A stretch of DNA of 63,571 bases, the filler included, from Conidiobolus incongruus B7586 (Eukaryota), in NCBI GenBank assembly GCA_000697335.1. It is 6 parts of 6 records of this genome, joined end to end, with 100 filler letters (N's around TTAATTAATTAA, not from the genome) between each part and the next. Parts side by side here need not be neighbours in the genome. Positions count along the whole stretch, not along the records: positions 1 to 20,617 come from JNEM01006165.1; 5 more parts are not named here. One strand, given 5' to 3'. The notes below the pieces were generated by a model. That model was given only the letters and a program-made list of their open reading frames with translations. It had not been told where the DNA came from and did not search any database. A program made the translations under genes and the position numbers. Position 1 is the first letter of the stretch; each line of letters starts with the position of its first letter. Shown here one piece after another: positions 1-12,978 of this stretch.

Positions 1-31
1 ATTTTTTAATAAATTAATTTTAATTTATGAC

Positions 32-34
<3 letters not shown>

Positions 35-65
<31 letters not shown>
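35..65. repeat. (TA)n microsatellite
   Basis: Uninterrupted TA dinucleotide run read directly from the sequence. Confidence 0.9.
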
Positions 66-68
<3 letters not shown>

Positions 69-3000
69 ATACTTGAAAGTTGATTATCAATGTAATATAT
101 TAGATATTGAAATTAAAATAAATTATCTTAAAAATGAGTGTTAAAAGTTATTTAAATAATACTAATTGAACTATTTATATATTATTTTTTTAATATTTAT
201 TTTAAAAGTATCAATATAATATTAAGATATACTATTAAAGCTGATACTTCCATCAAGCTTCTGATACGACTTTTATATCAAATTAAGAGTCAAATTTTAA
301 TTAAAAAACTATTAAGAAATATATTAATTGTAATAACATAATTGTATTCCTTGATTCTAAAAAAAATTCTATAAATATTTAACATTTTATTCTTCAAATA
401 CAAAAAGTTTGTTTTAGTACATTTCTACATATTGAAGTATTCAGTTTTAGTCTAGAATAAGTTTAAATAAATGTAAAATATAAATATGAAAATTTACTAT
501 TTTATATATTTAATAAAATATTATATCAATTCACAGAATATTAATATATGATATAATTCAGATTATAATTTCTAAAATATGAATAAATTTCATTTGATGA
601 TTGTTTGACGATTTTGAATAAGGAAAGTTATGAAGCTCAATAATAATTTATGACAAGACAAGCTCACCAAAATACTGCAAATGGTTAATTAATATAATTA
701 TTTTAACCTTAGGATTTATATTTAATAAATAAAACCTTTTCACTTAAACATATTTAATGATAATTTAAAAATACACAATATTTATTAAGCATACTCAAGA
801 GATTAAAAATTTTAATATTCATATTATTTTTGATAATTTATTAGCCAAAGGTAAAAAAGTGTTTGCTGTTAATATATTAAGTTCTAGATAATAATATAAA
901 TTTATAATTTTTTGCAAAAGTAAAATGACATCAATATTTGATTTTTCATTATATGTATTGTAAAGTTATCAATTTTGGCCTGATTTAATAAATGAATCAA
1001 TCAATAATCATCAACTGTATATTCATATATCATTTTTTGTTACCTAAACTATATATTAACAATATCTTTATAATATTCCAAATTTATTGAGATTTTAAAA
1101 AATAATTTAATCCAAATTAGTATAAACAAGCGAATATTTGGTGTTTGATAAGATCAATTATGAAAATTAATGAGAACTTAATGGACTGATAATATTGATA
1201 TTCAATCCTTAACTATCTGCTACAAGGTTTAAAAATAACAAAGCTAATATCTGCTAGGAAAATGCCAAAATTATAACATACCATTGATAGCAACCATCTT
1301 TCTCAAATGACCGCATTTCTAAATAAATATATAATATATTAATATCTCTAATAATAAATGATCTAATATTTATGATTATTAAGTGACCGTTAATGATATT
1401 GTAAAATATAACAATGGGATTTAAAAGAGTTTAAAACCGTTTGTGATATATAATGTATTATATTTTGGAACGCTATTTTGATAAATCACTATATTGGAAT
1501 TTAAACAGTATTTTATTAATTTATCAATTTTATATTAAAAAATTATAATTATATTTTATAAAATCTAATAAATTATATTTACTTGATGAAAAAATTTAGC
1601 ATTCTTCAATTAAATTTATCAATAATTATTACATATATTAATTGTTTGAAATACATTCAAATTATTATATGAAAATTCTAGGTCAGAAGGGTTTATTTCA
1701 TTAGCTAATATTCATATTTTAATATTAATTAAATTTTATTATTCTTTCCAAAATATCTGGATCAAACTGTAATGTTCACGGAATATATTATTGTTATAAT
1801 ATCAACCTGATCATAGGATATCTGTGCTACATGCATTAAAATTTTCTTTAATCATATTTTAGCAACATGATTTACTGCAATATTTCCCTTTTACATATTC
1901 AAATTTCCAATGAATATAATTTTTAAATCCCATGATAGATAAAATATCAATCAAGTGAATAATCTTCAATTTATCTAATAAATTATACCTAAACTAAATC
2001 ATTAAGCAATACATCTGGACATTTAAACTAAATGAAAAGCTTGCACAACTTACATAAGTTTAAGACATAAAAACCGAGATTGAAATGGTAACAACTTTAA
2101 AATGATTAGATAATAAAAATCTACTCCTGTTCATTTATAATCCCTGAATATTTCACTCACTAAATTATCAACTAAAGTAAGATGAGTTACTATATTCTTT
2201 TAAGTGTGCGATTTTGTCGTCAATAGTGGGTGTAAATATGTTTATAATATAATTTGTAACTTGTATAATAACTATTTTAACATTTAAAAAAATCTCTAAT
2301 GGTTAGAACAAAGATTTTTTTTACCACTAGAGTCAGGGATTCATTTTAATTATTATTTAATTATACTACTCTATTATTATATATACTGAAATTATTTTAG
2401 AATGTTCGTAATAATTATTCTTATAATTTTATCAATTTTAGAATAGAATTTAATTTAAAATAAATCTCTATAATTTAACATAATTATCAGTAATAAAAAT
2501 AATTTTTTATAATTGAACCAATTTTTATAAATGCATTCGTCATCTTCTCAAATTCATATTCTGACGTTTAAAGTAATTTTATAATCAATATACTACTAAT
2601 AATCATCTTGATATATAAATATGTTAAAATATTAAACGTGAGAAATTATCCGGATATCATAAGCTATTAATGCAAAACAAATCTACGGATAAATTATAAA
2701 CCAATAGCACTCTCCCCCATTATCTATTTCAAGTAAAATAATCTTGAAAGAGATCACATAGAGAACCTTATCACCAAATATTAAATCAATACTAAATGTA
2801 ATATTTATCCCTTTATTAATATTATTATTATCATTATTATTTCAAGACATAAGCTTGATAACAATATTAATTACAAATTATTATATAATACTAAATATTC
2901 TTTATAAACTCCTATTATATAATATTTAACTACCGACTCTCCTGTCAATCCCTGTTATTCTTAGGAATGACTATTAAAATATATTATATTAACCCTTTTT

Positions 3001-6000
3001 AATTGATTTTGGAAATTATCGGACGGATTAAAAACTTTTAAAAAATAAATATAATATAATATAGTAAGGATATATTAATGAAATATAAGTTAATATATAT
3101 TGTTGAAATTTATATAGATTTGGAAATTTTAATCTAAATTTTCACTCAAATTTTGAGTAATAAAAAAAAGGAACTTGAATTAATAATTGTTAATATTCTT
3201 TTTGGTTTTAATGCGTGATTATTTTATTAATAATATTATTTATTTTTATTACATATGATTTCTTTTTTAATATGTTTAACAATTTTAATTGGCTGAAATT
3301 TATGAGATTTGTAGCAAAATAGCTTGTTATAGTGTTTTATATTTCCTTGTTAATTATCTTTTATTGGAACTTGTTTAATTTTATTCACTTTTATTTAGTA
3401 ATTTCAAAATTATTAAAAGTAATATTTCAGCCAAAAACCATATTAATAATGAAATAATAATGATTTTATTATAATATCATTATTTATCTAAGTCTATCCA
3501 CTTGATCTACTTTATTAATTTATCTATATTATTCACTTTAAATGCATGGATATCTTTTAAAATTACAAGGATTGCTTGTTGGATAAAGTAATACCAATTT
3601 TATTTAGCATTAAAGCCACTAAGATTCTAACAATCAAGATATTAATAAAAATAAATAAAGACTTTTAAATTCCTGTTTCTTATCATTTATACTTATAAAA
3701 ATTGTTAGAAAAGTAAATTTTATAACTACATTAGTAAATTTGAATTATAATAATTCTAAGACCTAAAATACATATAGGGAAAACATTATAAATATCAGGA
3801 TGAATAATAGATATTAGACAGCGATGAAATCTGTAAATAGGCAGATAATATGATTATCCTTAACAATCTTTCAATATTTATTTAATAGTTTTTACAATCT
3901 ACCTTTAATATATACTAATTTGTCAATATTTAGAAAATTAATATTTACTATATTTATATAATCGCATAATTCTATATTTTCCACCTATTAACCATCAATA
4001 ATTCGAATGATGAAAATAATTCGGGGGAATGATTCGATCGGATAATGATCCAATTCGAAAAAAAATTTAATTCGAATAGTAGTATAATATGGATATAAAA
4101 AAAATATTTGGAGCAAAAAAAAATCTAAATAGGAGAAAAAATTTCAAATTTTATCAAAAATTTTACCTATTAGGCATAAATATATTATTGATGTCTGATC
4201 ATTTACAAGATTTTTACGCAAACTATATAATTAAAAGCTAATTAAGTTATATTCCCCATAATTAAATATACTATTTATTGTTTAGAATATAAATTAATTA
4301 ATGAAGATATTATAGTTGGGGGTGTTTAACTCAATTAGCAGCTTGAACTTATAACTAATACTCTATCAACAAAAAAATTAATAGTTTTTTACATTGGTCG
4401 ATTAATACACTGTATGAAACTTTTGATCATGCTGATCAATATATTTTCTAAAATAAAAATCTTTTGCGATTTGAACAATGTCATTGTTAGTTATAATATT
4501 TCTCCATAAATTGATTTTTTTTCTTTCAATGATGTGTTATTAGTCATACTCTGAAGAATTCTTAATTTGTGATTTTAAAAAAGAAAAATCAAGGGAAAAG
4601 ATATGAATTATACCATTTTTATATATTGAAGTTTTAAGCAGCATTAGAATTAGGACTAATTAATTAAAATTAAGAAATTCAATTTTCAATGGTATGAATG
4701 TTTGTAAAAAATTAAACTGAGCGAAAATTTTGAAAAATGTAAATATTGAATAAACTAATCCAATATATCATGTGCATTGCACCAATTTGATAATAATATA
4801 TTGTACCATAGCAAAAACGACTATTCGAGAGCAAAGATACCTAGGACATCATCAAAGTAATGCCGAGTTTGATAGTTTAGAATATGATTAGGTAGTTGTT
4901 GTATTTAATTATTCCGTTTAGTAGAATTATGCTTAAAAAAGTATATATATATATAGAAATATCTTTTAAATCACATTGTATAATAACAACGTTATCTCTA
5001 ATAATTTTGGAGTAAATAAAACCACTTAGTTCTTAACAAGAAATATTATATATATTTTTTGCAATTAGAAAAAATTTAATCCTTGAAATTTTATTATCAA
5101 AGTTTGATATAAATTTCGCAATGCATTATTAAGTTATTAATATATAAATACTCTTAGCAATATAAACCAAAGTGAAAAATATAATTCATATTTTTTAAAC
5201 GTAAGTGTCATGTCAAGTTGCTTGGGGACAAAACAAGCAAACATTATCAAGGTTAAATGATTTGGATCTGTATTGAAAAATCACAAGGTATTGGATAGTA
5301 TTTGGCTAATGGGAATGTTGAAAACACTTTAGTTGAATTTTATAAGGTTATGAGATTACATTAGTGGAAATTATTACAGAGAAATAAAATTGAGCTGATA
5401 ATATTGTCCATTATAATCACTAAACCTAATTTTAACAGTTTATGTTAACATAATCAAACCACTCTTACTAGGCAGATGAAAATATATCTCAATAAAATAT
5501 AATCATTTGAAGTTTTTTACATTTCAAAATTTGTAAAGTTTTGTCTATCAGAAACAAGAAAAAATCTTATATTTATACAATCATATGAATATCAATTGAT
5601 TAAAAGTATATATATTTCAAATATAAAAATCGGTTAATTATATATTATAATATATTGTTAAATTATCTTTAACTATTAAAAATAATAAATGTATTTAGAA
5701 GTAAATATTCGGATTTAGCTACTAAAATAGAAAAATTGTTTAACAAATAAAATAATTTTATCAAATAAGATTAAAATTGATTTGTTTACCAAAACTAAAA
5801 CTTATACATTACATAAAATGAATCAACCTCAATATCAAAAAACAAATAATTCGACTTTATTTTCTTTTTTTGGTAAATTTTAATAAAGTAAATCGGAATA
5901 AGTTTATTAATAGTATAAAATGAATATTTTGTGCGAATTGACCGAAAACATCATTAAAAAAAATATTGATTTGTTAAAATTTAAAGTCAAATAAGAATCA

Positions 6001-9000
6001 CTACCAAAAAATTTTGTAACATTTAAGTGTGTGTATCATAAAATTACCTAAAAATAAGTCATAGTTGCAATGGATATTTGTGCAATGTTACAAGATATTT
6101 AATCAAGGATTCCGATTGGCCCATTCTTACCCCACATTTTTTCCTTCAAATAATTTCTTATTTTGTCCGAATAGAAGTAATTTAGAGTTTATTCATGTTT
6201 TTTTATTAGTCATTTATTCTTTTGTCAGTATTTTAAACCTATATAGATAATAATTATAATACTATTTTTACATTATAAGAGCATGATATCGATTTTATTT
6301 ATTAACTTCACTCTTGATCATGGTCTTTTTACCTTATCTTTTTATGATTAAAATTAATTATCTTAAATATTTGAATATATTATCAAAGTATGAAAATATC
6401 TATATTATTAAATATAATTACATAAGATTATCATGTTTCTATCAAATGACTATGTTTATATTTCAATTGTTGGTATCATCTGAGGATAATTATATTAACC
6501 GATGGTTACTTATTTGACAATCTATATGATTTAATTTGATGACCTAGATCACATTCCATAGTTATACACACAAAATTGTAATTATTCATATGATTTTAAT
6601 GAAATTAATAGCTGATATAAAGTTTATCCATTAACAATTATTCTAATGGATAACGAACTAAATACTCAACAAATCTATTGATTATTCAACTTCAATAATT
6701 AAATTCTCATTAATAGTTCCAATAGCAAGCCAAAAAAATGGACTAATACAAGATACTTACTATTATTTAAAATTTAAAACTCCAACCACAAAAAATTAAA
6801 TTTCAATTTATTTCAAATCCCACGCCGTGTATCAATGGGAAATCGTATTTTATTCGGATAGAAAAAAGTTAGTTTTAACGGAGTTAAACCCATGACATTT
6901 CAATTAAATTCAACAAGATTGAAATACATCGTAACTTGTGAATATCAGTATTATATTTTTATCATTTGACTTATTTTTGATAAAATTTTTTTATGACTGA
7001 TCATTGATTATTAATTATTTAATATGGATTAATATACTCCTTACTATCTAGGATTGAAAACTAAATATTCCATAAATAATCCAATATTTTATACAATTAA
7101 TCATCTCAATTGGAAAACAATAAATTTATAATCAATTTTTACATGATAATTATATTGAATATGACTAGTATTATAAAAACATAATGATAAAATTATTTAT
7201 TATTAAGAGGCTTGATTTAAAATTAGGTTGATGGCATATGATATCATTAATAGATGACTTTAATAAATTCTATGAATTTTAATTAATTAATTGAATGTCT
7301 AATGTAAAGTAATAAAAGTAATATACACAGAATAGCATAAATGATTAATAATAATTCAACGATTTATTATTAATATTTAAGCATTATTTGAATAGTACTT
7401 TTAGGGCTATACAAAGCGTATTAATTTATTATCAATTATTTGGCTAATAAAAATTACTAATGTTTTTAATAATTATTATATTAATTGTAGAGCTTGGGTA
7501 ATTTTTATTTATTATTTCATGATTTGTTTTGGCAAAATGATCTATGAATTAAATAACTAACATTTAAAGTAAATATAAAAATTTAGAGTATTAATTAATA
7601 TTTCATATAAGGTGCATACTATTTGAATATATAATTGACAACAAACTTCAATGCAATCAAAATAAAACCTGGAATAAGAAGCACCATGTAATAGCTAGTA
7701 TCCATTGCCTTGGATCTAACAAATCAAAAAATGAATATAGATGCATTCTAAAAATATTATGTAACGTTAATGGTTAAATCATTAAGTATCAAATTGCGGA
7801 AATATTTAATATAATGTAAAAAATAAATAATAGCTATCTCAAGTACTATAATTACGACCAATGTCATGTTGGATGATCAATAATGCAAAATGCTTACTTA
7901 TGCTGGCAACTGCAAGTTAGCCATTTTTCCATTTAAAAATTTAAATCTAGACCTTAAGCATTAAAAGGTCTATTATTTAAATATTAAATATGAATTTATA
8001 AAAAATACTTAATTAGTTCCATTTATTTTATATTGATTAATATTAGGGCGTTAAATAAGTTTTAAGTAATTTTTTTTAAATTTTTTAATGATTCATTATT
8101 ATATACTGGTTAATAAACTTTTTGCCATTAAATATCAATCTGGTTATTAATAATTTGATTCATTCACTTTTATATTTATTGAATTTGAAAACACAAGCCA
8201 AGATTATAGGGTGTAAATTGCCTAAATCATTCATGACATCTATTACATACTTATATATTAATATGATGTTTTACTATTTAATTGAATGGACATAGATATA
8301 TTACATGCATTTCTATAATTCAAAGTGCTCATTTTCAAATTGATTAAAACTTAATTGTAATTACAAACTTGATGATTTTATAATTAATTAGCAGTGTCAA
8401 ATTATGAAATACCTCTATATTATGCATAGGACAAACATGTCATCAATACTGTCTTTTAAATACGTTAAAATCAATTAATACAGTAATTAATCAATATATA
8501 TTCTGATATTATTTATTAAATTTAGGATTGTGTATATTGTATTTGAAAATCAAATATGTTGAATTTGATGCATGTTTTACATATAGTGATAGCTTATATA
8601 TGATGAAATCCAAATTGATATATTTTAAATTATGCCTATAATTACAATTTAAAAACTGCTTAAAACGTAATTAACATGCTAGTATTCTCAATGGATACAA
8701 CTTGTCATTAAGGGTTGCTCTATTTTAATATTAATTTCTAATTCGTTAATTTTTCAATTAAATTCAATGATATTAATTATCAATTTATATTATAAAATAT
8801 ATGCAAAATAGTTCCTAATTAAATAGACATTTTTAGATAACATTAAACTTCAATATAATTTTAATATAAATATTTTTTTGTTTATAAAAAATGAAGTTAA
8901 TGAGATGAATAATAATTTGATTGGTGTAAAAATCCCAAAAAATATTTAAGTTTTGGAGATAGCCTATCAAAAACGATTTTGATTCTTATAAAGTATAATA

Positions 9001-11360
9001 AAATTAATACTAACTTTGATTTAAAATTGTAGATTAAATTTAATATATATAAAGCATATTTAAATATTAATTTTATTAAAATAATAAATCATTAAATACA
9101 AATTAAATAAACTATTAGCTTTCTGAGTTATATGTAATGGTGCAATTCATTCTATATCTTATTAGTGATAATCAAAAATTTATTAATAATTTTTTGTAAA
9201 AAATATAAGTAAAAAGAAAGTAAATTTGGTAAATATATATTTAATCAATTACAAATATATCAAATAAGAATCAAATTTCGTATTATAATATTGAAGAAAT
9301 TTTGCACCAATTTTCATTTTAATTATCACTTAATGACAATATAACACTCAAAAGTTGAACAGTTAATTATAATACTACATCGGTTTAAATTGAATTTTCT
9401 CCACTCCAAAATCGTTTCAGATTATTTACAGATTTATTAAAATTTATCAATTTATTAATATAGCTTTGTCATATAAAGAAATTTTTTACGGTTTAAAGCA
9501 TGAAAGAATAGATAATTTTGCAGAATTATTTATATAAATATAAACCGTTTATCCTAATTTGTATTTTACCTAAATTTGTATAGGAGAATACATAACAACT
9601 CTTTAAAATGATCTTGGTTTGTTGTTGGCAATATTTTTTAAAATTTGATTTTTTTTCAAGTGAGACCATTTTTCATCTTACTTTCTGATGAAACATTGGT
9701 AAAAGCTATTCAAATACTTTATAATATACACCAATTGAATCATAAATAGTTTTATTATAGTCATCAAATTATCGGAATTAACTATAAACTGATTATCTAT
9801 ATTGAATAAAATGGATTCATTTTAACTTAAAGTATTGGTTTAGTATCTTTAATGATCTATTATTCTGAAATTCCTAAAGTGGAATAACTGTGCTAGTAAA
9901 CAATAAATATTGTAAGGATTGAATCCCTGTTAGTATTAAACTGAAATAAAATATTACAATAATAGTTATACATTCATATATCTTTAACCATTATAGTAGT
10001 TGGAATATCAATACTTCCATTCAGAATTAAATAATATATTGTATTTAAAAAAATCTATGAAAATGAATTTCTTGGTATTGAAATAAATTTGATAAAATAG
10101 TACTCATTGAAAAATATAAATATCTGAAAAATTCTTAATACAATGCTTTATACAATTCGCGATAATCTGAATTATGATGATATTAGATTCAGAATAATTA
10201 TTTAATTTATTCAAGTGTTGAGAAAGATCACCTCTTTTTAATTGAAAGATTAATTTTAAATAGTTAAACAATATGAATCAGTTTAGTTGCAGCTTGGTGT
10301 TTAATTATGAAAATCTGACGAGCTTGGCCTTGTAAATTAGTCAATATGGCATAAATATTCAGAGTTGGTATCATAGTCAAATCCTTTTAGAAAACTTCAA
10401 GTAATAAGTCAATGATTTGCTTTATTCAATTGGCGACAGTGCTCAATTGTTAGTAATTAGTCTATTTTGATCTAAGAAATTACCAATTTGAGGCAAATTA
10501 TTGAATAATATTTGCACTGGTTTTTATAAACAATTGTTTTATTTTTATAACAATAATATGAAATGTAGCTAAAGATGTAGACGATATTGCTTGAATAAAT
10601 CGTTTATTTAATTTAATCGATTTAAGACTTCTGCTAATGGCTTTGAGAAATTTTCAATTGATTCTGATATCAAGTAACAAACACGCTTTAATATAGATAA
10701 TCTAGGATTGAGAGTGGATGATGGCTACGTGGTATATAAAACTTACATATTCCAATCATTTGGTTTCTTTGACATCATCCAAAAGTTTGAATATTTTTTC
10801 CTTGACAAGCTAAAAGAGTTTATGGCATGATGACACTTTTCGAATGTTCATCTTGAATTCTAGCTTTACATCATTAGGGAGTAGCAAATGACTAATAAAA
10901 TCATACTAAAAATAAATTTCAAATACTTTATTACATTAGTACATGTCCTTTATTTTTTTTTTCAAAATAATGATTTTGTATATAAATAAAATAATGACGA
11001 CTCTTACAGTATATAATTTGATATGATTAAAAATATTACTTGAATATGACTTGACCTCTTCAAATAAAGCCGATCGATTGTTGACAAATCAAAAGCCCAT
11101 ATTTGAAGCAAAGAATGTTTTTGATTAGACGGAATCATTTCCATTGCCTGAATTGTTAATGATATTAATTTAGAAAATTAAGATAATAGAAGCAAATTGA
11201 TTAAGTGAAGCATATCGGCAAGACGCTTTGATTGGCCAGCCATCCGCAATACTGAGAAGGAAATGTTTCGGGAATTCATATAATGTTAATTACTTAATCA
11301 GTCTTCAACTAAGTTACACTAAGAGAAAAGTTGAAAATTTAAATTATAGGGATGAATGAG

Positions 11361-11766
11361 AGGGGGTGGATAAAAAGCTCAAGGACCAATCAGTGACCGC
11401 CAGGTGATATTGTTAATGCCACGTGATTTAGCTGAGATAATTCGAATCACGGCCAGCTAATTAGAAACTCTGACTCAATGATTCGATTAATAGGTCATTT
11501 GACTTGAAATTCGAAAGGCTCACTTACCTAAATCCGATTTCCCCAAATTTGTACACACCCAACAAAATTAAATCACATTTATATATATATAAATATATAT
11601 TTAGATCTTAACACCCACCACACCCAACTTCCTCATATTTGTCTCCTTAGAGAAAATTGTGTTACCTAACTTTGATTTCCTATGATTCACCCGAAAGATT
11701 GAAATTGCATTTGACCTATTGAGAATTAATTGGATGATAGTTTTCATTATAGTTTAGGTATATAAA
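11361..11766 (+). promoter_or_regulatory. Putative promoter of the C2H2 gene
   Basis: GC-richer island upstream of ATG 12052 containing AGGGG (11361), CCAAT (11386), CACGTG (11420), TGACTCA (11471) and TATATAAA (11759-11766). The motifs are seen in the sequence; their function is inferred. Confidence 0.5.
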
Positions 11767-12051
11767 TGGCGTCAATTTCCCCCTTATGACACTTGGATTT
11801 CTCAAATCAATCAAACCCAGCTTAAAGGAAAACGTCCACTGGATCCTCCATTCTTTACGTTATCAAACTCCATCACATCCATTCAAACAAAACTCTGTAT
11901 TGATTTGTTTGGATTTAGACAGACTAAATAAGTCAAATTTTGCACCTTTTCTTCATACCTGATTTATTATAATTATCCTCTTTACCTGTGGATATTTCAT
12001 TTATCGTAATTACCTGCACTTTACAAACATATTATATTAACATAAAACAAG

Positions 12052-12978
12052 ATGAACCAAATCAAACTTGAACACGATAGTCTTTTGAATTCCGAATCTA
12101 CTTCTCACCATCACTTCCACTCCCTCCCTCAACCTCCTATCCTTCCACCTCCCGTTCTTCCTCACTCCAAACCTTATCCCACTTCTTATATGATGCCCAA
12201 CTTCCCTCAAGAGTCTATTGACCTTGCAATGTTTCCTCAAAATACGATGCAAGATCCTTCATCAATGTATCAACCTAGTCCTTATAATACGATGCCTCAA
12301 AATAGAATTCCTTCTGATTTTTCCCAAGTGACTTCAGCTTCATCATATATCTTGCCCAGCCACCACCATTCTATCCCTCCTCCCGTTTCTGGTCCTTGGG
12401 ACAACACTTCCCATCAGCACCAGGTCACTTCTCATCCTCACGCTCCTCATCCTCACCAATACCAAGATCCCTTCTACCCTAAGACATCATCTGTCCAATA
12501 CAGAGAATCACCTTGGCCCGTGTCAAGTGATCGTCCTTCCCCTCCCACCACCAATACTACCACTACTGCTCCAACCACTGCCAACACAACACCTTCATCC
12601 GTCCCCAAAACCAGCTCAGTCCCCGTTAACATTGATCCCCCTATGCCCACTACTTTAACTCCAGAAGAATTAGCTCATCTTCCCAAGCAAATTCAATTCC
12701 TTGCTCTCAATCCTCACTACCTCACTGGTGTCGCCAGTCCCCCCAGCCAAAAGACATCTCGTAGTGTTGCTCAACAACTCTTTGTCAAAGATATGGTATC
12801 ACAACGCTTCCCTTGCAAGCTTTGTGGACATAGCTTCATGAGAATTAACGGGCTCAAAAGGCATATTATGATGCATTTGAACATCAAACCATACAGATGC
12901 TCCATCTGCCAGAGGAAGTTCAGCCGAATTGACGTATATAAGCGACATGTTTCCCTCACTAAGTGTGCCCCTCACTAA
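12052..12978 (+). CDS. C2H2 zinc-finger transcription factor, 308 aa, intronless
   Basis: Pro/Ser/His/Gln-rich N-terminal region, then CKLC-x12-HIMMH, linker LNIKPY, and CSIC-x12-HVSLTKC. GC content and codon pattern differ clearly from the AT-rich flanks. Confidence 0.93.
   Translation: MNQIKLEHDSLLNSESTSHHHFHSLPQPPILPPPVLPHSKPYPTSYMMPNFPQESIDLAMFPQNTMQDPSSMYQPSPYNTMPQNRIPSDFSQVTSASSYILPSHHHSIPPPVSGPWDNTSHQHQVTSHPHAPHPHQYQDPFYPKTSSVQYRESPWPVSSDRPSPPTTNTTTTAPTTANTTPSSVPKTSSVPVNIDPPMPTTLTPEELAHLPKQIQFLALNPHYLTGVASPPSQKTSRSVAQQLFVKDMVSQRFPCKLCGHSFMRINGLKRHIMMHLNIKPYRCSICQRKFSRIDVYKRHVSLTKCAPH

Noticed and set aside
95..360. Possible Tc1 3' end on the minus strand at the window start
   Set aside because: Similarity to 63250-63480 is too weak to distinguish from AT-rich chance matches.
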